Below, in pieces: positions 1-11,795 of a DNA stretch of 64,000 nt (within the stretch, counting starts at the first letter, position 1; each line of letters starts with the position of its first letter). A program made the position numbers and the translations under genes. The stretch covers positions 10,850,001-10,914,000 of the forward strand of contig CM068763.1 of assembly GCA_035084275.1 (NCBI GenBank). Direction: 5' to 3'. The notes beneath the pieces are model-generated. The model made no database searches, was not told the DNA's origin, and saw only the letters and a program-made list of their open reading frames with translations. The stretch comes from Hydrolagus colliei. Lineage: Eukaryota.

Positions 1-261
1 AAAAACTTGCATTTCTACAGCAACTTTCACACATTTTTGGGTTACCTTCAGACAAAATGTCCAAAAGCTCCGTGTAACTCTGTGCTTGATCCTTTCTTAC
101 CCAGCACACACTGGCTGTTTATAGCGTTGAGAGAAATCAATAGTAGAAACTGCATTGATGTTACCTCACTGGTATTGACGCTGGGGTCATCCTATACTGT
201 GTACCCTGTTCCAGCTGAGACCACTTGAGCTGAGATAAACCGAATTCAGTCATTTACAAAA

Positions 262-589
262 TAATCATAATAATCCTTGCATTTGATATCGCGCTTTTCA
301 CATCTTATCGACGTCCCAAAGCGCTTCACAGAATATACCGTAAAGTGAATCGACTGTGTATTTGTGGGCGAAACGCGGCAGCCGATTGCGCACAGCAGCG
401 TCCCCCACAAACAGTCGTGGATTGAAAATGACCGATTTTATGAATGTGTTTTTTGGGGGGGAGGGATTATTATTAGGCGTGTGTGTGGAGTAAGGAAACT
501 TGCCCAAGGTTTCGTCCTGACCTGCCTGGATTCGAACACAGGTCTCCTCAGCTTGTAAGACAAGTGCTCTAACCACTAAGCCACAGCTC
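262..589 (-). mobile_element. tRNA-derived SINE with L2-type 3' tail (dominant SINE family of the window)
   Basis: Minus strand reads GAGCTGTGGCTTAGTGGTTAGAGCAC (A box) ... GTTCGAATCC (B box), a conserved body GCTGTGCGCAATCGGCTGCCGCGTTTCGCCCACAAA, and the tail GTGAAGCGCTTTGGGACGTC...AAATGCAAGGATTATT. The same motifs recur dozens of times in the window. Confidence 0.9.
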
Positions 590-1083
590 ACCAAGTTTAG
601 TCCACAATACAACACCATCAATCCACTTTACAGTATATTCCGTGAAGCTCTTTTGAGACGTTTCAATGCTGTGATCAGCTGCTGTATCAAATGCAGCGAT
701 TATTATTCTTGTTATCATTATTATTTGTGTACTTGGTGTACAGCTTTACCAAGAAAAATAATGGAAGGCATTCCTGAACAATGCAAAAAAAAAACTCTGT
801 ATTTACAAAAGCGTAAAAAGAGATATACAGTACTAAAAAGTTTTTAAATCAGTTTTAAAAAAGCAGTAAATTTACTTATAATACATTAATCCATTAATAC
901 ATTTCATTACATCGATCAGGCCCTAAATCAAAGCCTAGGTTATTACTATTTCACAACTGTTTAGTGATTTAAAATTTTACGCAACTATTTTTAAATGTTT
1001 TTTTTAAAACGCGCGTTATGACGACGTGAAAGGCGCGACACAGATATAATTTGGCTGTCTTGTTGTTGTCGTTGTGACCGTAC

Positions 1084-1278
1084 CTTTGCGTCGAAAGATC
1101 CCTCAAGCCGTCGTCGGCCTCCTCCTTTTCCAAAGCTTCCAGTGAACTTCGATTCCAGACTTTGGGAGATCCCCCGTTGCCAGTCGTCTCCGGTGACTTC
1201 TCCCGACTCGGAATTTTCATCAGCTGAAGTGTGGCCGAACACAACATGGGTCACACAAGCCACAGTCACTTCCAGTGC
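1084..1278 (-). other. Putative internal exon (195 nt) of an unidentified minus-strand gene continuing left of the window
   Basis: Polypyrimidine tract + CAAG acceptor before 1278; donor AAAG|GTACGG after 1084. One frame is open throughout (ALEVTVACV...GSFDAK). An ATG at 1247 opens another frame (MLCSATLQLMKIPSREKSPE...). No protein family recognised. Confidence 0.5.
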
Positions 1279-2081
1279 CTTGGTGGGGGGGGGGGGGGGG
1301 GGGAGAGAAGAGAGAGAGAGATCATATTAAATCACCATTCAGATTTTTATATGTTTTTTTTAAATCCCTTTAAAAAGTCAAATATGGCTGGGGAGGGGGG
1401 GGGTCGAGGGGAGGAATTAAAAGATACTTTGTTTTAAAAGAATCGTCTACCCAGGGGACATTATTTAATAATAATAAGGCCTTGCATTTGATCTGGAGCC
1501 TTATCACGTCTTCGAGGCGTCTCAGAGCCCTTTCAACACACACACACAAACAAGAACTGGGTGGGGGAGGGAGACAGAGTGAGAGTTTTCACCCTTGGAA
1601 CAGAGAAAGCAAAAGTGTGTACGTGTGGAGGGAAGTGAGCGACGGGGAAAATATATATACAGAGAGAGAGAGAGAGAATTGGGGAGAGGAAATTAGAAGA
1701 AAAAAGGTGAGAAAGAGAAAACAGAGAGAAAGAAAACGAAAGAAAGACAAGAAAAAAATAGGGGGGGGGGGGGGGGAGAGAGAAAGAAAATGTTGAGAGA
1801 CAAAAACAGGGGAAGTAAAGAGAGAGAGAGGGAGAGAATGAAACGAGGGAGAGAAAAAAAGACAGAGAGAGGAAATGTAAGAAAGAGAGAGAGAAAAAAC
1901 AAGAACGAAACCATTCGGAAGTAGCAACGAACAAAGAGAGACGCCATCGAACATGGCGCTGAGCAAGAGAGAGGGAGACACACACATATCACACTCACAC
2001 ATATCACACTCAACACACATCACACTCACACAGACAGACAGAGACAGAAAAACATCTATTGTATTAACATTTCCTGCTCAC

Positions 2082-2400
2082 CGACTCTCTCGGGGTGTGG
2101 GTTTGAACAATTTTTAAAAAATGAAATGAGGGGGGGGGGGGAGAAGAGCAGCCGCCGCCGATACTCCAAAGTGAGAAAGAAAAAAAGGGTGGGTGGGTGG
2201 GGAGGGGGGGGAACAGACAGAGAGAGAGGAGAGGGGGGGGAAATTTAAAAAATAAAGACTTTAATATATATATTTTTTAAAAGAGAGGAGGAGGAGGAGG
2301 GAGAGAATAACACCAGGTGCTGGGCTGAGGGTGAAGCAGCTGAGGCGGCGGCAACAATGTAACCAGTTACTGGGGAAAGGGCAAGAATGTTGCCAAATGT
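2082..2400 (-). other. Putative first (5'UTR) exon of the unidentified minus-strand gene
   Basis: Lies directly downstream (minus sense) of the CCAAT/GC-box cluster and ends in a strong donor TCG|GTGAGC at 2082/2081. The start position is approximate. Confidence 0.4.
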
Positions 2401-2720
2401 GACTTGGCCCCTCCCCCACCACTCGCCCGCCTCAGCCAATGGGACGCCCCGACACACAGCGCCCAATCTCCCCCCACGCACACACACACACACACTCCCT
2501 TCTTTCTCCTCCTCCCCGTCCCCGCTGACCAATCAGCTGCCGCGCCTCCCGCCCCGCGGCCAATGGGAAGCTCCGTTCCGTTGAGCCTCAGGCGATGTCT
2601 CCCCCCCCCCCCCACCCCCCCACCGCCCCACTCATCATCGCGTCACGTGGCCAGCCTGCCCCCGCCCCCTCTCTTCCTCCCCCCCCCCCCTCAACTCCGC
2701 CCCTCCCCCCCCCCTCACCT
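2401..2720. promoter_or_regulatory. CpG-rich TATA-less promoter
   Basis: Four CCAAT boxes (2436, 2463, 2529, 2560), several CCGCCC/CCGCCT GC boxes and GTCACGTGG (E-box, 2644-2649) within about 300 bp, with locally high CpG in a CpG-poor window. Confidence 0.75.
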
Positions 2721-4029
2721 GTCAATCACAGGCAATGTGTTGTCAATAACTCTCTGGGCTTTAAACAAAGGCTGCTCTCAAACTGACTACATCATCACCA
2801 GAATAACACTGATAATAATAATAATAATAATATGAATCCTTGCATTTGATCTCGTGCTTTTCGCGTTTTCCAGACTGCGTCTCGGCGCTTCGGCACGTCC
2901 TCCTGACGTGAAAGGCGCTATATTTGCGCACATACGTAAAAAACGCGTGTACACTTCGTCGTCGTTGTTGTTGTTGTGGCCTCAAAGCGCTTCACTGAGT
3001 GTACCGCAGAGTGAACGGGGCTGCGTGTTTCGTGGGCGTGAAGTGGGATTGAAATGGCCCGATCTGTTACCGTTGTGTTTTTTTATATAACCTATTGTAT
3101 TTCTTAAACCGAAGGCGTTATTCGCAGGCCTTTTGGGGAGCGAGGGGAAACCTGCCCCAGGTTTGGGCCCCGGCCTGCCCGGAATCGAACCCCGAGGTCC
3201 CGTGCTTGCGAGGCGAGTGCTCCAGACCACATGAGTCCGTCCACGGACTCCGCGAATAATCAAGACTGTAATGATCCTCGCGCTCGAATAAAAGCGCCTC
3301 ATCACGCATTCCGAGACGCATCAAAGCGCTTCACCCCCTAGACTGTAAAGTGAATTGACTGTGTGTATATATATATATGTATATATATATATCTTGTGGG
3401 TGAAACTCGACATGATCGGCAAAGTCTTTCTCTTTGTGTGTTTGTGTGCGATATCTCCTTTGTTTTGCTTTCTCTGTGTGTATTTCTCTCTCTCTCCCTC
3501 TCTGGGAGTATTCTCTCTAGACAGTCTCTCTATCTCTGCGTTGGTGCTGTCCTCTGCGCTCTGCCGTTCACCGTATCCTGTTTTGTTTCCCCGCAGCCTT
3601 ACAAAATGGCTTCTTGCCTGGAAGCTTGTTATTGTCTCGCAAGGCCAGGCAGGCAAGCATTTGTAATCTGTTTTCATCCTCGCCCATTGGCCCGTTTAAA
3701 ATTGAGGCTGGATATGTCATCCAGTTGCAAAGCCTGTGGGAAGGGGAGGGAAAATGCAAGGTTCTTTTTCTAGAAAGAAACTGGGAACCCGTTTCTGGCA
3801 GCAATCGGCCTCTTTTACATTTGTTTGAGAATTTTTAAAAAAACGATTTCTGGGGGGGTTTTTCCCCCTCAATTAAAGTCTTCCTTTCATCGGCGCTGAA
3901 AATATATACTCCCAATAGATTACCCTAAAGTAGGTTTGTTTTCAAGGTGCAAGTCGTGGATGAGGGAGGGCAGAGAGGATAAGAGGGTAGCTGAAGGCAT
4001 GGTCGAAAAGGAAGGTCTATCACCCAGAG

Positions 4030-4410
4030 GATTCAATTCAAGATCCTGGTCCTCACCTTCAAAGCCCTCCATGGCCTTGCACCCCCCTACCTTTGTGACC
4101 TCCTAACCCCCTGTCAACCTGTCCTCTCCCTCCACTCAGCGAGCTCCTGCCTGCTCCATGTCCCCCGACTCACTTGCCCCACCATTGGCAGACCAGCCTT
4201 CAGCCACACCGCCCCCTAACCTCTGGAACTCCATCTCGCAGTCTCACTACCTGCCTCCCCCTCCTCCCTAGCCTCTTTCAAGTTCCGCCTCCAGACCCTC
4301 TTCTTCGACGGTCCCATCAGTCACCCCTAACTCCCTCCTTTCCCTCCACCCTCCCCGATCCCTACCCCAGCTCAGCTCTGAAACAATCAATCAATCAATC
4401 AATCAATCAA
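4030..4410 (+). mobile_element. L2-clade LINE 3' fragment
   Basis: TTCAAGATCCTGGTCCTCACCTTCAAAGCCCTCCATGGCCTTGCACCCCCCTACCT (FKILVLTFKALHGLAPPY) matches the C-terminus of the L2 ORF at 59158-61107; ends in a (CAAT)n tail. Confidence 0.75.
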
Positions 4411-5269
4411 TACTGACATTTATATGGCGCCTTTCACGTCGAGAGGATGTCCTAAGGCGCTGTACAGTCAGGTAGGGACAAGAGTGGGGGTGGGGGGAGG
4501 GGGGGCAGGATGAAGAAGAGTAGAAGAATTGACTCTATAGTTGTAGGCGAAATGTGGCAGCCAAATTGCGCACAGCAGTGTCCCACAAACGGTCAAAGAA
4601 GTGAGATTAGGGGAAAAGGGGAGGAAAGATGGCAAAGGGGAAACAATGACTGCCCAGCGCCTTGGGATGCTCTCCCCGATGTGAAAGGCACTGTCCAAAC
4701 TGTCATTTTTTTTGTATGTTATTGTGGTATTTTGAAACCTTTCCATTTTTAGGGAGTTGCCAGCTTTCGGTATGTTGGATTATCGACGTTCTACTGTACA
4801 TCAAATGCAAGGATTATTATGAGTACTATCTTTAATATGTTTATTTGCTGCTAATATCTTTAATATGTTTATTTTCTCCAAATATTTATAAATTCATACA
4901 GTGTGTAGCAATCCAAATTGAAAGCTTATTCTTTAATTGGGGGGCAAAAAAACGGTGTAATGGTTGATATATATGTCTGTTCTATTATAGGTTACTTTGC
5001 AGAGACTGAACTCGAGACTTTCCGATATTTTGTTGATGGCCGGAGTGAACAACAACAACAAATTACATTTGTTCAGCTCATCGCATGTCGGGAGGACATC
5101 CCAAAGTGATCCTGATATAACAATAAAACTAAACTTGTACAGCGCCTTTCACGTCAAGAGGACGTCCCAAGGCGCTGGACAGTCATTGTGTCAGACCCGA
5201 GCTGTGGGAGGGGGTGGAATTAGGAGTTGAACCGAAGAAGAATCTTAACCTTCCCCCAGCTGGCTAGCA

Positions 5270-5390
5270 GACACGTTCAACATTTTTCTGGATAAATTCT
5301 GGTTAATCGAATGCGGATTTCTTTTTCTGAGGTGACGATTATGCAGAAGTTTAGGTTGATCGGGTCACGGATAAACAGGATTTTACTGTA
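5270..5390. mobile_element. pogo/Tigger-like MITE, right end
   Basis: Ends GGATAAACAGGATTTTACTG-TA (reverse complement TA-CAGTAAAATCCTGTTTATCC); the internal sequence is shared with the copy at 10440-10637. Confidence 0.5.
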
Positions 5391-6329
5391 CTGATGTACT
5401 GATATAATACTCATACGCAGAAGAAGAAGTTTGAAGCTGGGTGTAGTTGAAATTCATGGCAAGCAAGCAAGAGGTTCATTCAATAAAAAAACAGTTGATT
5501 GGAAAATTTGTGACACCGAGTAATGCCACCGTTTCTCAACCTTTGTAGTTAGTCTCAAAATTAAGTGCCCTTTATCCTAAAGAGGGTTTTGAAAGTAGGG
5601 ACAGAAGACATTCAAGGAAGTGAGCTCCTTCCTTGAATCTGCGAGTGGAATTTGCAGTCTGTTTACACATCAAATGGGCTGTATCAGCGAGAGTTGTTAA
5701 ATGTCAATGAATCATTGGAAACTGGGGTCAAATACCAGGACTAAGTTTGTTTTAATATTTCATGGTTTATATCATTACTTTGTAATGTACATAACAAGTG
5801 TGTTTAGCTAGTGCCGGACAAAGGGTGAAAGAGATGCTTTGATACAGTCTGCTAAAACATAAGAATAGGAAAACGCACCACATCTAAGTGAAAAAAGCTA
5901 GTGGCGTCTGGCAAGCAAGCGACCAGGGAACGTTTCTGCTGCTGGTCTTACTCATTGCCAACCTGCCTCGCTCTCTCGCTGGCCTGGATCACTCCCAGCC
6001 TGGATCACTCCCAGCCTGGATCACTCCCGGCCCTTTGTCGGGCAGGCCACGATCTCTTTCCACCCGCTGGCGAACTACGTAATGTACCAACGACGTCACA
6101 ACGAGAGAACGTTAAACCGAGTCAACGTTAAGCGGGGTTTACCTGGATATGCAAATATATATTCCCATGATTCATCGTTTTTATATTGCCACCAACATAT
6201 ATAATATATATTATTGTTATGGAGACCTGTAGCTCAGTGGTTAGAGCAGTCGCCTTTACAAGTGAGACCTGAGTTCAATTCCAGGCAGGTCCAGACGAAA
6301 CCTTGGGCAAGTTTCCTTACTTCACTGAG

Positions 6330-6860
6330 GATGACACCAAACAAATGCAACAGGATATAGATAGGCTAGGTGAGTGGGCAAGAAGATGGCAGATGAAATT
6401 TTATGTGGGCAAGTGTAAAGTTATTCACTGAGGTAGTAAAAACAGAAAAGCTGATTATTTTCTAGAAGGGATGAGACTAGATGGTGCTAGTGTGCAGAGG
6501 GACTTTGGATGTCCTTGTACACTAGAATATAGAATAATTAGAGGTGATCTTATAGAAACCTACAAGATTATTAAGGGGCATGACAGAATGGATAGTGGGA
6601 GACTGTTTCCCCTGGTTGGAGACACTATAACTAGGGGCTCATAGACTTAAGATTAGGCCTTTTCGCACTGATTTGAGGAAAGAAAATCTATGGAATTCTC
6701 TACCTTAGATGCTCAGCCCTTGAACACATTCCAGACTGAAATTGACAGATTCCTTATGGATAAAGGGATTGAGGGTTATGGGGATCAATTGGGGCAGGTG
6801 GAATTAGACGAGAAGATCAGCCGTGATCTTATTGAATGGCGGGGAAGTATCGAAGTGCTG
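6330..6860 (+). mobile_element. Degraded CR1 LINE 3' region
   Basis: Fragments such as TGGGCAAGAAGATGGCAGATGAAATTTTATGTGGGCAAGTGTAAAG and AGAGGTGATCTTATAGAAACCTACAAGATT correspond to the CR1 RT C-terminus; interrupted by deletions. Confidence 0.65.
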
Positions 6861-8619
6861 AATATACTACTCCTGCTCCTAATTCTCATATTCTTTTGTT
6901 ATTATGTTTTTATGCAGGTTGCTATGTTACCTCTGACATGCCTGAAAGGGGAGGGTTAGCTGATCTCTGAGGGTTAGTGGGTGTGATGTCTCTTCGATAT
7001 GGAGACACCCACAGCCAAACTCCAGCTACATTTACACACCGCGTCTGCATGCTTTATGCTAATCGCAACGGCATACGTCAATAGGAAAAACGCATGTGCG
7101 TTTAGTTGGGTATATTTCGAATGACAACCATATAATAGAAAGCAAAACACGACAAAAAATGACGCTTGTATTGAATCCTTTCACGTCAGGAGGACATCTC
7201 AAGATGCTGGATAGTCACTGTTTCAGACCCAAACTGGGTGAGGTCAATGGTGGGGGAGAGTGGGGAGGGGGGGGGGTTTAGGAGTTGCCAACGGGACCAT
7301 GGAAGAGGAGAGTCTTCAGGCGGGACTTGGAAGGAGGCCAGGGACACACATAGCACAGCTGGGGCTCCTGGCGCACATAGCAGTCACACTCTTGCACAAG
7401 GTACAGCAGCGAGGGGCTGTGAGGTTAACACACTAAACAGGTTGGTGTTAGTGATTGAGTCACTTATTCTCTGCGGAGCCTATTTACAGTTTGTGTCACT
7501 CACTGTGGCTTCTCTATATTGTGTGACGTTGAGATTTGTGTTGGGGGAAAGTGCTGTGACAGTCAGTCAGTCAGTCAGTGAACAGACAACACATTGAGGG
7601 GGGAAATCTCTCTAACCTGGCAGTTTGTGTGAGAGTGTCTGTATGGTGGGTGGGGGGGAAAGAGTGTGTGACTGTCTGTTGGGTCTATGTGTGAGTGTCT
7701 CTGTGTGTGTTTGAGTGTGTGCATATCTGTGTCTTTGTGCGTGACTGTGAGGGTGTATATATATGTATGTATGTATATATAGCGCCTTTCATGTATTGTA
7801 CATACAACAATAATAGTATTGCTGCCTACCTAATAATAATCCCTTCCAAACACCAAGAATAATAACATTTGTCATTTCAATCCATGACTATTGGTGTGCA
7901 CAATTGGCTGCCGCATTTTGCCCAGAAATATGGCAAATTCACTTTATAGTGTATTCTGTGAAGCGCTTTGAGACATCGATAAGATGTGAAAATATAAAAA
8001 TGCAATGATTATTATTATTATATGCAGAAGCTGAACTCTCTATAGATAAGAACACTGGAGAACCGGTGAAATTGTGAAACCATTGACATTTTCACCACTG
8101 ACCTAAAGAACTTTACACTGAAATATAATATTAATAATCCTTAGGTTTGATAGAGCACATTATCACGTTATTGAGAATGTCTCGGAGCGCTTCATAAAAT
8201 ATACTGTAGGTTGGATTGTCTGTCTCTTTTAACTGCTTAACTTTAAACAAGAGGAAACTAGTTGTTATTCTGTAACTGTCTCTATTTAAGTTTACACGTC
8301 TTCAATTTGTTATTAGTGGGGTACGAGGATCTGACCTGCCCATTCCCACATATATTATATTATATATATTACTTATATTACTTTGGAGTCCTGCAGCTCA
8401 GTGGTTAGAGCACTCGCCTTACGAGCGTGAGACCTGTGTTTTGAATCCAGACCGGTCAGGACGAAATCTTGGGCAAGTTTCCTAACTCCACACACGCGCC
8501 TAATAATAATCCCTCAAGAAATAAAATAATAATAATTTGATCACTCATTCCATAGCTCTTTGTGGGACACGGATAGAAGATATGAAAAGCGTTATATAAA
8601 ATCCAAGCATTAATAATAA

Positions 8620-8908
8620 AAATAATCCTTGCATTTGATATCATGCTTTTCACGAATTCCAACCACCTCAAAGCAGAATACACCGTAAAGTTTACTGACT
8701 GTATCTTTGTGGGTGAAACGCGACAGCAGGAAGCCCACAAACATTCGTGGGCTGAAGTTACCAATTCATTATTTTTTTTTAGGGATTATTATCGGGCTTG
8801 TGGAATAAATAAGATAACTTGCCCAAGGTTTCACCCTGACCTGAATGGAATCGAACGCACAATTGTCACTTGCAAGCCGAGTGCTCGAACCACTGAGCTA
8901 CAGGACTC
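8620..8908 (-). mobile_element. tRNA-derived SINE
   Basis: Same head, body and tail as 262-589. Confidence 0.8.
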
Positions 8909-9233
8909 TGGGTAATGGCTCTGCTAAGTGCAACATCAGCCCATACAGACCATATATGAGGTGTCAGGCTCATATCCCTGGGATAAATTAGGTCCAGTAA
9001 TCTCACCCAGGGCATCCATTGAAGGTGTTACAATTGGCCTCAGAACCCTGGTTTCATGCAGTTATTATTATTAGTAAAACATTGATTTTTTCAGCAAATG
9101 TCAGAAAATTCACACTGTTTATTTGCATATTTTAGAAGTTTGAAAAAAATGATTAAATGCACAGTGAAAGGAAGTCTTTATCATGTATCATAGTGTGTTA
9201 TTTTGTTGACAGGTTAACGAAAGACAAAGTGCC

Positions 9234-9286
9234 ATGAAACGTCTGTTGGATGCTCTGGTTATATTTGGCTTCAGTTCATTGGTTGG
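9234..9286 (+). CDS. Gene A signal-peptide exon (MKRLLDALVIFGFSSLV)
   Basis: Preceded by the same TTTTGTTGACAG|GTT acceptor and AGACAAAGTG leader as the SP exons of B-F. Confidence 0.7.
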
Positions 9287-10439
9287 GTAATATCTTAGTT
9301 TGGTCATGTATAAAGTGACATTGTGTGTAGGAAGTGTGGCCTCACTACTGCTGTTATTACAACTCTCAGCAATAAAAATCACACAGTATTGTTTCTTCAT
9401 AACAACAAGAACAACAAATTGATAACAGTCCTTGCTTTTGATATAGCGCTTTTCACATCTTCTAGATCTCTGAAACAATATACTGGAAAGTGAATTGACT
9501 GAACATTTGTGGGCAAAACGCGGCAGCCAATTGCGCATGGTAGTGTCCCCACAAACAGTTGTGGATCAAAGTCACCATTTTTTCTTGAGGGATTATTATC
9601 AGGCGTGTGAGATAACAAATTAGACTCGTAGAGCGGCTTTCACATGGGAAGACATCCAAAGGCTGGACAGTCAAGGATTTGGATCTGAGTTGGGGGTTGG
9701 AATCAGGAAGGGTGGAAGGTGGGAGGGTGGCCGAAGGCGTGGTTTAAGAGGAAGGTCTTGAGACATGCCATCAAGCAGGCAAAGGAGGTGAGCAAGGCAA
9801 AGACTATGGGATGGATATTATTATGGGTTGGAGGCTGAAGGTGCAACCATTTGAAGGGATGGATTTTCAAGGTTTTGAATAATATGTATTTGATTTTGGA
9901 ACCATATGATGGAGTTGTGGTGTATTATATTCACAGCATGCAGACTGGTAACGTGCAATGAAGAATCTGCTTGGTTTAGTTGCCTTCAGTTTGGTGTTGG
10001 GTAAGTTTTAAACGGCCAATGATTTTCTTGTTAACAAAACCCTTTATTGTATTAAATCATTGAGATTCCACTCCACACCAAGGCCGTTCAGTCTATCGTG
10101 TAGGAGTATTCACTTTTGATGTGGTGCTTTTTACCCAGGAGGATGTCTTAACATTTACTATAATATGTAGTGACTGTGTTTTGTTTGGAGGCCAAGCTAA
10201 TTTGCAACTGGCTGGCGTGTAGATATAACTGGGACACTCAATCCATGTGCAGTAAAATCACCTTTTTAACCACTTCATGGCTCCAATGACTAACTGTAAC
10301 TTTAGTACATTATTATTATAGATTATTATGAAATGTTCAGCAGGTATACAGTACAGCCATATCCACCTGGGAGTATATTGTGCACAGCGTTTGAGATGTT
10401 TCAATAATGTCAAAACTCCATATGAAATATATCTAATTA

Positions 10440-10637
10440 CAGTAAAAGCCCGTTTATCCAGCAACCTCTGACCAATGCCGGTTACAGCACGTGCCGGATA
10501 TTCGTCAGAAAACACAATTTTTTTTTTTTAATTTAATGCATTTTTCCAGATAAATTCTGATTACCGGTAATCGAATGTGGACTTTTTTTTGCGATGCCGT
10601 AAACGGAAGTTACGGTTGATCGGGTGCCGGATAAACC
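10440..10637. mobile_element. pogo/Tigger-like MITE (right TIR truncated)
   Basis: TA-CAGTAAAAGCCCGTTTATCC at the left end and a partial GGATAAACC at the right; the body is homologous to 5270-5390. Confidence 0.5.
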
Positions 10638-10788
10638 TTTCTAATTCCTGGTTTACACCAGGTTGACTTTTAAGAAGAATATGAAGTGGAGAAAACAAAA
10701 TTTACAGTAATTTGGATGTAAAAATACAGCAAGTCTTACACGTCACTTTGCTTGTTCTCACTTGTTTTTTTTTATCTCTACTTGCTAG

Positions 10789-11136
10789 ATGGATTTGCCT
10801 TCCAAATAACACGAATAACCGCAATTCAAGGCCAACAAACTGTGCTGGAATGTCACTTGAGTGTTTATGGCGAGCCGTGTATAAAACCAACTGTCATCAC
10901 CTGGAGCTGTGTGAAGACCGAGGAAATCGTTCACGATTTTCACGATGGAAACAATTCACTCGGTCACCAGAGTCCTCGCTATTCAGGCCGCACAAACCTT
11001 TTCCCTGAAAAAATACCACTTGGAAACATCTCATTGAAACTAGAAAGAGTGAGACTGCAAGATGGGGGAAAGTACGAGTGTTTTGCTATATGCTTGGGTG
11101 TACCTGTTATACATACAGTCTCTCTTGTAGTGACAG
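10789..11136 (+). CDS. Gene A IgV exon
   Basis: TAG|AT acceptor and ACAG|GTATGT donor, phase 1/1. V-set motifs: VLEC, ITW, QSPRYSGRTNLFPEKIPLGNISLKL, DGGKYEC. Confidence 0.9.
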
Positions 11137-11212
11137 GTATGTATCTGATTTGTACTTTGTGTTAAAATATTTATTTCGCGTGAGAAGCCTTCTTGGTTTC
11201 CATAATGGTGCA

Positions 11213-11585
11213 GGCCCCAGCGTGGCTCAGTTGGTTGAACTCTTGTCTCCGAGTCAGAAGGTTGTGGGTTCAAGCTCCTCACAGGGACTTTGTTGACCCT
11301 CCGATGCAGTGCTGGGAATCTACTGCATTGTTGCAGTTGCCATCGATCAGGAGAGAAGTTCAACTGAGGTCCTATCTGCCTGTTCAGGTGGACGTTAAAG
11401 ATCCCCACGGCATTAGTCTTAAAGAGAAGGGAGTTTCTCCCAGTGTCCTGGCCAACCATTTCATGGCGGTTTGTAGGGCAAACATTGCACAAGTTGGCTT
11501 CCGAGTTGGCCTACAAATTCACAGTCTGTACCTCCCACAGTGAGATCCCGTAAGGCGCTTTGACATATCTGAACACATGTAATAA
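11213..11585 (+). mobile_element. DeuSINE (SacSINE1/AmnSINE1-type) in gene A intron
   Basis: tRNA head (GTGGCTCAGTTGG...GGTTCAAGC) followed by GAGGTCCTATCTGCCTGTTCAGGTGGACGTTAAAGATCCCCACGGC...GGAGTTTCTCCCAGTGTCCTGGCCAAC, recognised as the conserved Deu domain. Confidence 0.75.
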
Positions 11586-11795
11586 GACAGAATATTAACA
11601 GAATCGTTGAAGCATTTTGATGTAACATCATTCAAAAAAAAATTCAAATAGCCATATAAGTAGTCGTTGTAACAGCAGGTAAATGAATGCACCATAGAAC
11701 TGGGTTTAAACTAAAATTGGTGATAGTTACTGTAGAAGTCCAGGTTGGCACTGAAAATACTATCTAAGAATTATATTTTGTTTTTGTTTTTATAG

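Noticed and set aside
1482-2029. Hydrophobic or Arg/Glu-rich ORFs in GA/CT and TG/CA tracts (also 30136-30766, 31140-31449, 32085-32588, 38607-39127, 47701-48202, 61874-62409)
   Set aside because: Low-complexity microsatellite translation with no domain signal or coherent splice structure.
5888-6082. Short ORF with a signal-peptide-like stretch (FLLLVLLIANLP)
   Set aside because: It has no ATG start (GTG), half of it is a 16-nt tandem repeat, and no splice partner or homology was recognised.
6226-6300. tRNA genes (many GTAGCTCAGTGGTTAGAGCA...GTTCGAATCC hits)
   Set aside because: These are SINE heads. They continue into the SINE body and lack a complete acceptor stem or consistent anticodon arm.
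10712-11008. 98-aa overlapping ORF in the gene A IgV exon as a separate product
   Set aside because: It is only the alternative frame reached if the shifted donor is used. It has no recognisable domain and would end in a premature stop.
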